DNA of 64,000 nt, taken from Eledone cirrhosa (taxonomy: Eukaryota). Under the pieces are notes generated by a model. It had not been told where the DNA came from. It searched no databases and saw only the letters and a list, made by a program, of their open reading frames with translations. The position numbers and the translations under genes were made by a program. The DNA lies in NCBI GenBank assembly GCA_964016885.1, contig OZ024748.1, positions 45,694,001 through 45,758,000 of the forward strand, in the 5' to 3' direction. Positions within the stretch are counted from its first letter, which is position 1. The number at the start of each line of letters is the position of its first letter. This document shows, in pieces, positions 1-15,733 of the stretch.

Positions 1-3000
1 CCACCACCAGTATCACCCACCACCAGCACCACCACCCCACCACCACCAGTATCACCCACCACCAGCACCACCACCCCACCACCACCAGTATCACCCACCA
101 CCAGTATCACCCACCACCAGCACCACCACCCCACCACCACCAGTATCACCCACCACCAGTATCACCCACCACCAGCACCACCACCCCACCACCACCAGTA
201 TCACCCACCACCAGCACCACCACCCCACCACCACCAGTATCACCACCATCAGCGGTATCACCCATCACGAAAAACACCAAAACACCACCAGCATCATCGT
301 CAGCACCATCACCACCACCCCACCACCACCAGTATCACCCACCACCAGTATCACCCACCACCAGCACCACCCCCCACCACCAGCACCACCCCACCACCAC
401 CAGTATCACCCACCACCAGCACCACCCCACCACCACCAGCACCACCCCACCACCAACAGTATCACCACCACCAGTACCACCCCACCACCACCAGTATCAT
501 CCATCACCAGCACCACCCCACCACCACCAGTATCACCCAACACCAGCACCACCACCCCACCACCACCAGTATCACCCACCACCAGAGGCACCACCTCACC
601 ACCACCAGTATCACCACCACCAGCACCACCACCCCACCACCACCAGTATCATCCCCCACCAGCACCACCCCACCACCACCAGTATCATCCACCACCAGCA
701 CCACCCCACCACCACTAGTATCACCCACCACCAGCACCACCACCAGTATCACCCACCACCAGCACCACCCCACCACCACCAGTATCACCCACCACCAGCA
801 CCACCCCACCACCACCAGTATCACCCACCACCAGCACCACCACCCCACCACCACCAGTATCATCCCCCACCAGCACCACCCCACCACCACCAGTATCACC
901 CACCACCAGCACCACCACCCCATCACCTCCAGTATCACCCACCACCAGCACCACCCCACCACCACCAGTATCACCCACCACCAGCACCACCCCACCACCA
1001 CCAGTATCATCACCCACCAGCACCACCCCACCACCAGTATCACCCACCACCAGCACCACCACCCCACCACCACCAGTATCACCCACCACCAGCACCACCC
1101 CACCACCACCAGTATCACCCACCACCAGCACCACCCCACCACCACCAGTATCATCCCCCACCAGCACCACCCCACCACCAGTATCACCCACCACCAGCAC
1201 CACCACCCCACCACCACCAGTATCATCCCCCACCAGCACCACCCCACCACCACCAGTATCACCACCACCAGCACAACCACCCCACCACCACCAGTATCAC
1301 CCACCACCAGCACCACCACCCCACCACCAGTATCACCCACCACCAGCACCACCACCCCACCACCAGTATCACCCACCACCAGCACCACCACCCCACCACC
1401 ACCAGTATCATCCACCACCAGCACCACCCCACCACCACCAGTATCACCACCACCAGCACCACCACCCCACCACCACCAGTATCACCCACCACCAGCACCA
1501 CCACCCCACCACCAGTATCACCCACCACCAGCACCACCACCCCACCACAACCAGTATCATCCACCACCAGCACCACCCCACCACCACCAGTATCACCCAC
1601 CACCAGCACCACCACCCCACCACCACCAGGACCACCCCACCCCCACCAGTATCACCCACCACCACCAGCACCACCCCACCACCACCAGTATCACCCATCA
1701 CCACCAGCACCACCCCACCACCACCAGTATCACCCACCACCACCAGCACCACCCCACCACCACCATCACCACCCCACCCCACCAGTATCACCCACCACCA
1801 GCACCACCCCACCACCACCAGTATCACCCACCACCACCAGCACCACCCCACCACCACCAGCACCACCACCCCACCACCAGTATCACCCACCACCAGCACC
1901 ACCCCACCACCACCACCAGTATCACCCACCACCAGCACCACCACCCCACCACCCCACCACCACCAGCACCACCACCCCACCACCACCAGTATCACCCACC
2001 ACCAGCACCACCACCCCACCACCACCAGTATCACCCACCACCAGCACCACCACCCCACCACCACCAGTATCACCCACCACCAGCACCACCCCACCACCAC
2101 CACCAGTATCACCCACCACCAGCACCACCACCCCACCACCACCAGTATCACCCACCACCAGCACCACCCCACCACCACCACCAGTATCACCCACCACCAG
2201 CACCACCACCCCACCACCACCAGCACCACCACCCCACCACCAGTATCACCCACCACCAGCACCACACCACCACCACCACCAGTATCACCCACCACCAGCA
2301 CCACCCCCCCACCACCACCAGCACCACCCCCCCACCACCACCAGTATCACCCACCACCAGCACCACCACCCCACCACCACCAGTATCACCCACCACCAGC
2401 ACCACCACCCCACCACCACCAGTATCACCCACCACCAGTATCACCCACCACCAGCACCACCCCCCCCACCACCACCAGTATCACCCCCCCCCCCCCACCA
2501 GTATCATCCACCATCAGCACCACCACCCCACCACCAGTATCACCCACCACCAGCACCACTCCACCCTACCACCAGTATCACCACCAGCACCTCTCCACCC
2601 CACCACCAGTATCACCCACCACCAGCACCACCACCCCACCACCACCAGTATCACCCACCACCAGCACCACCACCCCACCACCACCAGTATCACCCACCAC
2701 CAGCACCACCACCCCACCACCAGTATCACCCACCACCAGCACCACCCCACCACCACCACCAGTATCACCACCAGCACCACTCCACCACCACCACCAGTAT
2801 CACCCACCACCAGCACCACTCCACCCCACCACCAGTATCACCCACCACCAGCACCACCCCACCCCACCACCACCAGTATCACCCACCACCAGCACCACCC
2901 CACCACCACCACCAGTATCACCCACCACCAGCACCACCACCCCACCACCACCAGCACCACCACCCCACCACCACCAGTATCACCCACCACCAGCACCACC

Positions 3001-6000
3001 CCACCACCACCAGTATCACCCAACACCAGCACCACCCCACCACCACCAGTATCACCCCCCCACCAGTATCACCCACCACCAGCACCACCCCACCACCACC
3101 AGTATCACCCCACCACCACCAGTATCATCCACCACCAGCACCACCCCACCACCACCAGTATCACCCCACCACCACCAGTATCACCCACCACCAGCACCAC
3201 CCCACCACCACCAGTATCACCCCACCACCACCAGTATCATCCACCACCAGCACCACCCCACCACCACCAGTATCACCCACCACCAGCACCACCCCACCAC
3301 CACCAGTATCACCCCCCCACCAGTATCACCCCCCCACCAGTATCACCCACCACCAGCACCACCCGACCACCACCAGCACCACCCCACCACCACCAGTATC
3401 ATCCACCACCAGCACCACCCCACCACCACCAGTATCACCCACCACCAGCACCACCCCACCACCACCAGCACCACCCCACCACCACCAGCACCACCCCACC
3501 ACCACCAGTATCACCCACCACCAGCACCACCCCACCACCACCATACCACCCCACCACCACCAGTATCACCCACCACCAGCACCACCCCACCACCACCAGT
3601 ATCATCCCCCACCAGCACCACCCCACCACCAGTATCACCCACCACCAGCACCACCACCCCACCACCACCAGTATCATCCCCCACCAGCACCACCCCACCA
3701 CCACCAGTATCACCACCACCAGCACAACCACCCCACCACCACCAGTATCACCCACCACCAGCACCACCACCCCACCACCAGTATCACCCACCACCAGCAC
3801 CACCACCCCACCACCAGTATCACCCACCACCAGCACCACCACCCCACCACCACCAGTATCATCCACCACCAGCACCACCCCACCACCACCAGTATCACCA
3901 CCACCAGCACCACCACCCCACCACCAGTATCACCCACCACTAGCACCACCACCCCACCACCACCAGTATCATCCACCACCAGCACCACCCCACCCCCACC
4001 AGTATCACCCACCACCACCAGCACCACTCCACCACCACCAGTATCACCCATCACCACCAGCACCACCCCACCACCACCAGTATCACCCACCACCACCAGC
4101 ACCACCCCACCACCACCAGCACCACCCCACCCCACCAGTATCACCCACCACCAGCACCACCCCACCACCACCAGTATCACCCACCACCACCAGCACCACC
4201 CCACCACCACCAGCACCACCACCCCACCACCAGTATCACCCACCACCAGCACCACCACCCCACCACCAGTATTACCCACCACCAGCACCACCCCACCACC
4301 ACCACCAGTATCACCCACCACCAGCACCACCCCACCACCACCAGTATCATCCCCCACCACCACCAGTATCACCCACCACCAGCACCACCACTTCACCACC
4401 ACCAGTATCACCCACCACCAGCACCACCCCACCACCACCACCAGTATCACCCACCACCAGCACCACCCCACCACCACCAGCACCACCACCCCACCACCAG
4501 TATCACCAAACCACCAGCACCACCACCCCACCACCAGTATCACCCACCACCAGCACCACCCCACCACCACCACCAGTATCACCCACCACCAGCACCACCA
4601 CCCCACCACCACCAGTATCACCCACCACCAGCACCACCCCACCACCACCACCAGTATCACCCACCACCAGCACCACCACCCCACCACCACCAGTATCACC
4701 CACCACCAGCACCACCCCACCACCACCACCAGTATCACCCACCACCAGCACCACCACCCCACCACCACCAGCACCACCACCCCACCACCAGTATCACCCA
4801 CCACCAGCACCACCCCACCACCACCACCAGTATCACCCACCACCAGCACCACCACCCCACCACCACCAGCACCACCACCCCACCACCACCAGTATCACCC
4901 ACCACCAGCACCACCACCCCACCACCACCAGTATCACCCACCACCAGCACCACCACCCCACCACCACCAGTATCACCCACCACCCGCACCACCACCCCAC
5001 CACCACCAGTATCACCCACCACCAGTATCACCCCCCCCCCAGCACACCCCCCCACCAGTATCACCCCCCCCCCACCAGTATCACCCACCACCAGCACCAC
5101 CCCACCACCACCACCAGTATCATCCACCATCAGCACCACCACCCCACCACCAGTATCACCCACCACCAGCACCACTCCACCCCACCACCAGTATCACAAC
5201 CAGCACCACTCCACCCCACCACCAGTATCACCCACCACCAGCACCACCACCCCACCACCACCAGTATCACCCACCACCAGCACCACCACCCCACCACCAC
5301 CAGTATCACCCACCACCAGCACCACCACCCCACCACCAGTATCACCCACCACCAGCACCACCCCACCACCACCAGTATCACCCACCACCAGCACCACCAC
5401 CCCACCACCACCAGTATCACCCACCACCAGCACCACCACCCCAACACCAGTATCACCCACCACCAGCACCACCCCACCACCACCACCAGTATCACCACCA
5501 GCACCACTCCACCACCACCACCAGTATCACCCACCACCAGCACCACTCCACCCCACCACCAGTATCACCCACCACCAGCACCACCCCACCCCACCACCAC
5601 CAGTATCACCCACCACCAGCACCACCCCACCACCACCACCAGTATCACCCACCACCAGCACCACCCCACCACCACCAGTATCACCCAACACCAGCACCAC
5701 CCCACCACCACCAGTATCACCCCCCCGCCCCACCAGTATCACCCACCACCAGCACCACCCCACCACCACCAGTATCACCCAACACCAGCACCACCCCACC
5801 ACCACCAGTATCACCCCCCCGCCCCACCAGTATCACCCACCACCAGCACCACCCCACCACCACCAGTATCACCCCACCACCACCAGTATCATCCACCACC
5901 AGCACCACCCCACCACCACCAGTATCACCCCACCACCACCAGTATCACCCACCACCAGCACCACCCCACCACCACCAGTATCACCCCACCACCACCAGAA

Positions 6001-6905
6001 TCATCCACCACCAGCACCACCCCACCACCACCAGTATCACCCACCACCAGCACCACCCCACCACCACCAGTATCACCCCCCCCACCAGTATCACCCCCCC
6101 ACCAGTATCACCCACCACCAGCACCACCCGACCACCACCAGCACCACCCCACCACCACCAGTATCATCCACCACCAGCACCACCCCACCACCACCAGTAT
6201 CACCCACCACCAGCACCACCCCACCACCACCAGCACCACCCCACCACCACCAGCACCACCCCACCATCACCAGCACCACCCCACCACCACCAGTATCACC
6301 CACCACCAGCACCACCCCACCACCACCATACCACCCCACCACCACCAGTATCACCCACCACCAGCACCAGCACACACACCATCACCAGTATCACCCACCA
6401 CTAGTATCACCCTCCCCCGTATCACCCACCACCAGCACCACCACCCCACCACTACCAGTATCACCCACCACTAGTATCACTTACCCCTCCCCCCAGTCTC
6501 ACCCACCCCCAGCACCACCCCACCCCCCGTATCACCCACCACCAGCACCACCACCCCACCACTACCAGTATCAACCACCACTAGTATCACTTACCCCTCC
6601 CCCCAGTATCACCCACCACCAGCACCACCCCACCATCACCAGTATCACCCACCACTAGTATCATTTACCCCCTCCCCCGTATCACCCCACCACTAGTACC
6701 ACCACCAGTATCACCCACCACCAGCACCACCCCACTTCCACCAGTATCACCCACCACTAGTATCACCCTCCCCCGTATCACCCCACCACCAGCACCACCA
6801 TCCCACCACCACCAGTATCATCCACCACCAGCACCACCCCACCACCACCAGTATCACCCATCACTAGTATCATTTACCCCCCCCCCCCCGCCGCCAGTAT
6901 CACCC
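1..6905. repeat. CCA-rich minisatellite (~30-36 bp unit, CCACCACCAGTATCACCCACCACCAGCACCACC); runs off the left edge
   Basis: Continuous alternation of CCAGTATCACCC and CCAGCACCACCCC modules with variable CCA counts; degenerates after ~6370. Confidence 0.97.
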
Positions 6906-8319
6906 CGCCCCCTCCACATCATCTCAACCTCGAGCCCCCCCTCTCCCTACTCTCACTACCATCATCATATCCTCTGTTAATATCCACAGCAATTGCTCTC
7001 TCGCCCGATCACTATCCTATCATTATGGTATTCTTCCTGACATCTAATCTGTCGTTAATGTCTAATTCTTCTTCGTTTATTATTTCAAGAAAGGTTTCAC
7101 AAATTTACCATTTGCAGAGGAATTACAGAGAATTATTCTGCCTGAAGACAAAAGAATTCATACGATAGGAATCTTAACATTTCCCCCCCCTCCCTCGTAG
7201 CCCACTGTAACATAGCATGCCATACCATCGAAAGATTCCTAATTTTGAAAGAACAGAACAGAAAGAAAATGGCATTTAAATTCACGAAGCTGTTTCAGAA
7301 TTTTCCCTCTAGTATCAACGGTTCAGAATTTGACTCTTTAAAAATAATAATAACAATAACAATGATAATAATTAATGTACACAGATTAATCTTATTTCTA
7401 ATTTATTGACTGACTTGGGGGGAAAATGGTTTCTTTAAGCTATCGTCTTCTGTTTGCGGTTTGTATAAGGGATATCGTTCACATATTGCATTAAATTAGT
7501 TTTATTACATCACATATCATTAATGTCGCTGAAGCTGATTGAAAGATGTTCCCTTTGGTCACATCGATATTGTTCAACGAATGGAAAAGCTGCAAAAAAT
7601 CGATACAATGATCTCCATGACAGCCCCCACCTCTCTCCTTTAACCTGCCTAAAACAAATATTCGAAGAAGTATTTAATCTAGTAACTATTTGCCTGATGG
7701 AGAGGAAGGAAAGGGGTAGAGAATTTTAGGGCGCTGCTTAGGAGTCTGTCGTAACTTCTCATGGGCTTTTGTCTGAATAAAGAAGAAAATGGCCGCATCA
7801 TTGTTTTTTTAAATGAGCAGGAAAAAATGTGGAAAAAGTTTGAAGTTGTTGATTACGACAAACATCTAGAATATTCCTTGGGTTAGGTTTGTATGTTTTG
7901 ATACGTCCTTTTGCATTCCGAGTTCAATTTCCAGTGAGGTCAACTTCGCCGATAAAATACAGTAGGGGGCGTGCTATGCTCCGCCCACCTATTTCTGATA
8001 CGTCTACTGCTACTGTAATGTCCACATATTTTTAGATCTGGCTGGTAGTTATTATACTACCTCCCATCAGGTACCAGCCCCTCGGCACTCATGCAGTGTC
8101 TAACCAAACACCTCTCCTCGGTTACCAACCCCTCGTCACTTATGCTGTGTCTAACCAAACACCTTCCATCAGGCACCAACCCCTTGTCACTCATGCTGTG
8201 TCTAAACAATCATCTCCCCTCAGGCACTAAACCCTCATCACTTCTCCTTTCATCTCTCATGTTGTGTCTAACCAAACACTTCCCCCTTAGGCACCACCCC
8301 TCATCACCCATGTTGTGTC

Positions 8320-11300
8320 CAACCCTACACCTCACCATGGCACCAACACCCCCCCATCACTTCTTTCATCCCTCATGTTGTGTCCAACCCTACACCTCAC
8401 CATCACTTCTTTCCTCTCTCATGTTGTGTCAAACCAAAACCTCACCATGCTCCCCATCACTTCTTTCATCTCTCATGTTGTATCCAACCCTACACCTCAC
8501 CATGGCACCAACACCCCCCCCCCTCACTTCTTTCATCCCTCATGTTGTATCCAACGCTACACCTCACCATGGCACCAACACCCCCCATCACTTTTTTCAT
8601 ATCTCATGTTGTATCCAACGCTACACCTCACCATGGCACCAACACCCCCATCACTTCTTTCATCTCTCATGTTGTATCCAACGCTACACCTCACCATGGC
8701 ACCAACACCCCCCTCACTACTTTCATCCCTCATGTTGTATCCAACGCTACACCTCACCATGGCACCAACACCCCCCATCACTTTTTTCATATCTCATGTT
8801 GTATCCAACGCTACACCTCACCATGGCACCAACACCCCCATCACTTCTTTCATCTCTCATGTTGTATCCAACGCTACACCTCACCATGGCACCAACACCC
8901 CCATCACTTCTTTCATCCCTCATGTTGTATCCAACCCTACACCTCACCATAGCACCAACACCCCCCATCACTTCTTTCATCCCTCATGTTGTATCCAACC
9001 CTACACCTCACCATGGCACCAACACCCCCATCACTTCTTTCATATCTCATGTTGTATCCAACCCTACACCTCACCATGGCACCAACACCCCCCTCACTTC
9101 TTTCATCTCTCATGTTGTATCCAACGCTACACCCCACCATGGCACCAACACCACCCTCACTTCTTTCATCCCTCATGTTGTATCCAACCCTACACCTCAC
9201 CATGGCACCAACACCCCCATCACTTCTTTCATATCTCATGTTGTATCCAACCCTACACCTCACCATGGCACCAACACCCCCCTCACTTCTTTCATATCTC
9301 ATGTTGTATCCAACGCTACACCTCACCATAGCACCAACACCCCCCTCACTTCTTTCATCCCTCATGTTGTATCCAACCCTACACCTCACCATAGCACCAA
9401 CACCCCCCCTCACTTCTTTCATATCTCATGTTGTATCCAACGCTACACCCCACCATGGCACCAACACCACCCTCACTTCTTTCATCCCTCATGTTGTATC
9501 CAACCCTACACCTCACCATAGCACCAACACCCCCCCTCACTTCTTTCATATCTCATGTTGTATCCAACGCTACACCTCACCATGGCACCAACACCACCCT
9601 CACTTCTTTCATCCCTCATGTTGTATCCAACCCTACACCTCACCATGGCACCAACACCCCCATCACTTCTTTCATCCCTCATATTGTATCCAACCCTACA
9701 CCTCACCATGGCCCCCCCCATCACTTCTTTCATATCTCATGTTGTATCCAACGCTACACCTCACCATGGCACCAACACCCCCCTCACTTCTTTCATATCT
9801 CATGTTGTATCCAACCCTACACCTCACCATGGCACCAACACCCCCCTCACTTCTTTCATCTCTCATGTTGTATCCAACGCTACACCTCACCATGGCACCA
9901 ACAACCCCCTCACTTCTTTCATATCTCATGTTGTATCCAACCCTACACCTCACCATGGCACCAACACCCCCCTCACTTCTTTCATCTCTCATGTTGTATC
10001 CAACGCTACACCTCACCATGGCACCAACACCCCCCTCACTTCTTTCATATCTCATGTTGTATCCAACGCTACACCTCACCATTGCACCAACACCCCCCCT
10101 CACTTCTTTCATCCCTCATGTTGTATCCAACGCTACACCTCACCATGGCACCAACACCCCCCATCACTTCTTTCATATCTCATGTTGTATCCAACCCTAC
10201 ACCTCACCATAGCACCAACACCCCCCCTCACTTCTTTCATATCTCATGTTGTATCCAACGCTACACCTCACCATGGCCCCCCCTCACTTCTTTCATATCT
10301 CATGTTGTATCCAACCCTACACCTCACCATGGCACCAACACCCCCCATCACTTCTTTCATCTCTCATGTTGTATCCAACGCTACACCTCACCATGGCACC
10401 AACACCCCCCCTCACTTCTTTCATCTCTCATGTTGTATCGAACCCTACACCTCACCATGGCACCAACACCCCCATCACTTCTTTCATCTCTCATGTTGTA
10501 TCCAACCCTACACCTCACCATGGCACCAACACCCCCCATCACTTCTTTCATCTCTCATGTTGTATCCAACGCTACACCTCACCATGGCACCAACACCCCC
10601 CATCACTTCTTTCATATCTCATGTTGTATCCAATGCTACACCTCACCATGGCACCAACACCCCCCATCACTTCTTTCATCTCTCATGTTGTATCCAACGC
10701 TACACCTCACCATGGCACCAACACCCCCCATCACTTCTTTCATATCTCATGTTGTATCCAACCCTACACCTCACCATGGCACCAACACCCCCCCTCACGA
10801 CTTTCATATCTCATGTTGTATCCAACGCTACACCTCATCATGGCACCAACACCCCCCATTACTTCTTTCATCTCTCATGTTGTATCCAACGCTACACCTC
10901 ACCATGGCCCCCCCCATCACTTCTTTCATATCTCATGTTGTATCCAACGCTACACCTCACCATGGCACCAACACCCCCCTCACTTCTTTCATATCTCATG
11001 TTGTATCCAACGCTACACCTCACCATGGCACCAACACCCCCCATTACTTCTTTCATCTCTCATGTTGTATCCAACGCTACACCTCACCATGGCCGCCCCC
11101 CATCACTTCTTTCATATCTCATGTTGTATCCAACGCTACACCTCACCATGGCACCAACACCCCCCATTACTTCTTTCATCTCTCATGTTGTATCCAACGC
11201 TACACCTCACCATGGCCCCCCCCATCACTTCTTTCATATCTCATGTTGTATCCAACGCTACACCTCACCATGGCACCAACACCCCTCCCATCACTTCTTT

Positions 11301-13275
11301 CATCCCTCATGTTGTATCCAACCCTACACCTCACCATGGCACCAACACCCCCTATCACTTCTTTCATATCTCATGTTGTATCCAACGCTACACCTCACCA
11401 TGCCCCCCCCCCATCACTTCTTTCATATCTCATGTTGTATCCAACCCTACACCTCACCATAGCACCAACACCCCCCTCACTTCTTTCATCCCTCATGTTG
11501 TATCCAACGCTACACCTCACCATGGCACCAACACCCCCCTCACTTCTTTCATATCTCATGTTGTATCCAACGCTACACCTCACCATGGCACCAACACCCC
11601 CCTCACTTCTTTCATATCTCATGTTGTATCCAACCCTACACCTCACCATGGCACCAACACCCCCCTCACTTCTTTCATATCTCATGTTGTATCCAACCCT
11701 ACACCTCACCATAGCACCAACACCCCCCTCACTTCTTTCATATCTCATGTTGTATCCAACCCTACACCTCACCATGGCACCAACACCCCCCATCACTTCT
11801 TTCATATCTCATGTTGTATCCAACGCTACACCTCACCATGGCACCAACACCCCCCATCACTTCTTTCATATCTCATGTTGTATCCAACCCTACACCTCAC
11901 CATGGCACCAACACCCCCCTCACTTCTTTCATATCTCATGTTGTATCCAACCCTACACCTCATCATGGCACCAACACCCCCATCACTTCTTTCATCCCTC
12001 ATGTTGTATCCAACCCTACACCTCATCATGGCACCAACACCACCCTCACTTCTTTCATCCCTCATGTTGTATCCAACCCTACACCTCACCATGGCACCAA
12101 CACCCCCCCCCCTCACTTCTTTCATCTCTCATGTTGTATCCAACGCTACACCTCACCATGGCACCAACACCCCCCATCACTTCTTTCATCTCTCATGTTG
12201 TATCCAACGCTACACCTCACCATGGCACCAACACCCCCCTCACTTCTTTCATATCTCATGTTGTATCCAACGCTACACCTCACCATGGCACCAACACCAC
12301 CCTCACTTCTTTCATCCCTCATGTTGTATCCAACCCTACACCTCACCATGGCACCAACACCCCCCATTACTTCTTTCATCTCTCATGTTGTATCCAACCC
12401 TACACCTCACCATGGCCCCCCCATCACTTCTTTCATATCTCATGTTGTATCCAACGCTACACCTCACCATGGCACCAACACCCCCATCACTTCTTTCATC
12501 CCTCATGTTGTATCCAACCCTACACCTCACCATGGCACCAACACCCCCCCTCACTACTTTCATATCTCATGTTGTATCCAACGCTACACCTCATCATGGC
12601 CCCCCCATCACTTCTTTCATCCCTCATGTTGTATCCAACGCTACACCTCACCATGGCACCAACACCCCCCATCACTTCTTTCATATCTCATGTTGTATCC
12701 AACGCTACACCTCACCATGGCACCAACACCCCCATCACTTCTTTCATCCCTCATGTTGTATCCAACGCTACACCTCACCATGGCACCAACACCCCCATCA
12801 CTTCTTTCATCCCTCATGTTGTATCCAACCCTACACCTCACCATGGCACCAACACCCCCTCACTTCTTTCATATCTCATGTTGTATCCAACCCTACACCT
12901 CACCATAGCACCAACACCCCCCCCTCACTTCTTTCATATCTCATGTTGTATCCAACCCTACACCTCACCATGGCACCAACACCCCCCATCACTTCTTTCA
13001 TATCTCATGTTGTTTCCAACGCTACACCTCACCATGGCACCAACACCCCCATCACTTCTTTCATCCCTCATGTTGTATCCAACCCTACACCTCACCATGG
13101 CACCAACACCCCCCATCACTTCTTTCATCTCTCATGTTGTATCCAACCCTACACCTCACCATGGCACCAACACCCCCCATCACTTCTTTCATCTCTCATG
13201 TTGTATCCAACCCTACACCTCACCATGGCACCAACACCCCCATCACTTCTTTCATCTCTCATGTTGTGTCCAACA
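8320..13275. repeat. 63/64-bp minisatellite, ~80 copies (CTACACCTCACCATGGCACCAACACCCCCATCACTTCTTTCATCTCTCATGTTGTATCCAACG)
   Basis: Direct tandem repetition; length variation in the C-run and occasional ~9-bp deletion variants; degenerate flanks at 8060-8320 and 13275-13345. Confidence 0.98.
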
Positions 13276-14164
13276 CTACACCGTTCCATGGTACCTATCC
13301 CTCATCACTTCATCCACCCCTCATGTTGTGTCGAAACCCATACCTTCCCAGGCCTCGTTCTAACACAACACACACTCATTCTTGTCCAGTATTTTATTCT
13401 TCTGCCTCTCATTCCTTCCGTATGACTTTCCAAATAGAATGAAATTCCAACAGCTTGATCGTAACAATGGCGGAATTTATCTCTCTCGTATCGGAGTTCC
13501 TGAAAATGCCAAGGAACTGCGCTGCACTCTCACACCTACCAAATAAAAGGAAAGTATTATGGTGGATTGAATCGGCTACGCAATACCGTTGTTGCATTTG
13601 CTGTTGTTGCTGCTGTTGTCGTCATTGTGGTTTCCCTTGTGATTTTTCTTTGTGATGGTGTTGTTGCTGTCGTTCTTGTTACCGCTGTTTTCATTGTTGC
13701 GGTTGTTGTTGTTGTTGTTGGAATTTATGTTAGATGTCGGGCTATGTTAACATTTGTAGATGTAACGAACAGACGCTCTTCATATAATGCCTTACCGCCC
13801 TCCATCAACCCACATGTACGAGGTCATCAGACATTCGCTGACCTCATTCCACTACCATTGTCTTCTTTATCTATCTCTCCCTATGATACTACGACAACAC
13901 TATAACACTAGACGTGAACAAAAGACCACAATCGGCCATCTTTGATTTTTCCCGTAAGCCATTTTGTTTATATAAAAGTCACACTTAATTCCTTCTGTCG
14001 AGGGATTTCCAGCTACAATAAATGGAATTATTCTATGTTCGCAGCCGCTTATCGTTAAGATGTAAAACTTCAAAGTTTTAGTTTACGATTTCCCTCGAGC
14101 TATGACAATCTATATAATCGGAAGATTCAAGGAATATATACGGCTTCCTGCGACAGATTTTTGT

Positions 14165-15733
14165 AATAATTGTTTCTAACTTTTGGCACAAGGCCAGCAA
14201 TTACCCCAGTGTATTACTGTTACTTTATTTTATCGACCCCGTAGGATGAAAGGCAAAGTTAACCTCGGTGGGATTTGAACTCAGAATGGCAAGGGCCGTA
14301 ACTCTATGCGTCAAAGCATGGCGTCCGACCCTCTACCGATACTGCCAATCCACCGCCCATTTTTGTAATAATAAATTCTAATTTAAGCACAAGGCAAACA
14401 ATTTGTGAAGAAGGGGAAAGTGGATGTTGTCGACCCCAGTACTTTACTGGTACTTTATTTTATCGACATCAGAAAGAATAAAAACAAAGTTGATCCCGAT
14501 AGTACTCGAACTCAACATTTTGAGAACCTCTGCCACAAAGCATGTGGTCCGACGCTCCACCAGTACTGCCTATCCACCACCCTTGCGTTAGAAATAATAA
14601 TTATTTCTACTTTTGGTACAAGGCCAGCAATAACACCCCTGTGTATCACTGGTGCTTCATTGTATCGACCCCCATTTAGGCACAAGGCCAGCAATTTGAA
14701 GGAGAAGAGAAAGTCGATTAAATTGACACCAGTGTATTACTGGTGCTTTATTTTATCAAGCCCTTCAGGATGAAAGGCAAAGTTAATCCCGGCAGGATTT
14801 GAACTCAGAACATAAAGGTCCATAACTCTATGCCGCGAAGCACGGTGTCTAACACTCTACTGATACAGCCAATCCACCGCCCTTTAATTTAGATAATTGT
14901 TTCTATATTTGGTACAAGGCAAGCAATTACTCCAGTGTATTACTGGTACTTCATTATATCGACCCCGTAAGGATGAAAGACAAAGTTAATCCCGCCAGGA
15001 TTTGAACTCAGAAAGGGACGTAACTCCATTCTGCAAAGCATGGCGTCTAACGCTGCCAACGAAATAATGGTTTCTTAGATAGGCACAGGGAGGGGAAAGT
15101 CGATTAAATCGACGCCAGTACGTGACTGGTACTTTATTCTATCGCCACTGTAAGGATGAAAGGCAAAGTTAACCTCGACGGGATGTGAACTTAGAACGTA
15201 AAGGTCCATAACTCTATGCAGCGAAAGATGTTGTTCGACCCTCTACCGATACTGCCAACGAAATCTTAACTATAATAAAGGAAAGTCTGCTGGATTGCGT
15301 CCAGAATATATTTTTTTACCCCGTTTGTAAAATAAGTTGGATTACTTTGAATAAATAATTGTTTCTACTTTTGGCAGAAGGCCAGCAATTAACCAGTACA
15401 TTACTGGTACTTTATTTTATCGACCCCGTAAGGATGAAAAGCAAAGTGAACCTCGGCTGGATTTGAACTCAGACCGTAAAGGGACGTAACTATGCTGGAA
15501 AGCATGGCATCCGACTCTCTACCGATACTGCCAATCCACCAATAAATAATTGTTTCTACGTTAGGCACAAGGCCAGCAATAATCCAGTGTATTACTGGTA
15601 CTTTATTTTATCGACCCCGTAAGGATGAAAGGCAAAGTTAACCTCGGCGGGATTTGAACTCAGAATAGCAAGGGCCGTAACTCTATGCGTCAAAGCATGG
15701 CGTCCGACCCTCTACCGATACTGCCAATCCACC
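14165..15733 (-). mobile_element. Head-to-tail array of ~8 tRNA-derived SINE copies (octopus-type SINE)
   Basis: Copies at ~14165-14358, 14370-14582, 14597-14675 (partial), 14676-14883, 14893-15060, 15063-15260, 15354-15540 and 15545-15733. Minus-strand reading gives A box TGGCAGTATCGG, B box GAGTTCAAATCC, core GCCTTTCATCCTTACGGGGTCGATAAAATAAAGTACCAG and an ATT tail. Confidence 0.9.

Noticed and set aside
406-6375. Many V/G/W-rich ORFs on the minus strand
   Set aside because: Translations of a minisatellite with constant frame switching
8091-13442. ORFs up to 1311 aa
   Set aside because: Overlapping in all frames; product of a stop-poor 63-bp unit with frameshifting C-runs
13410-13560. Possible minus-strand exon after a TTTCCTTTTATTTGGTAG acceptor
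   Set aside because: No convincing donor, no recognisable protein and no partner exons
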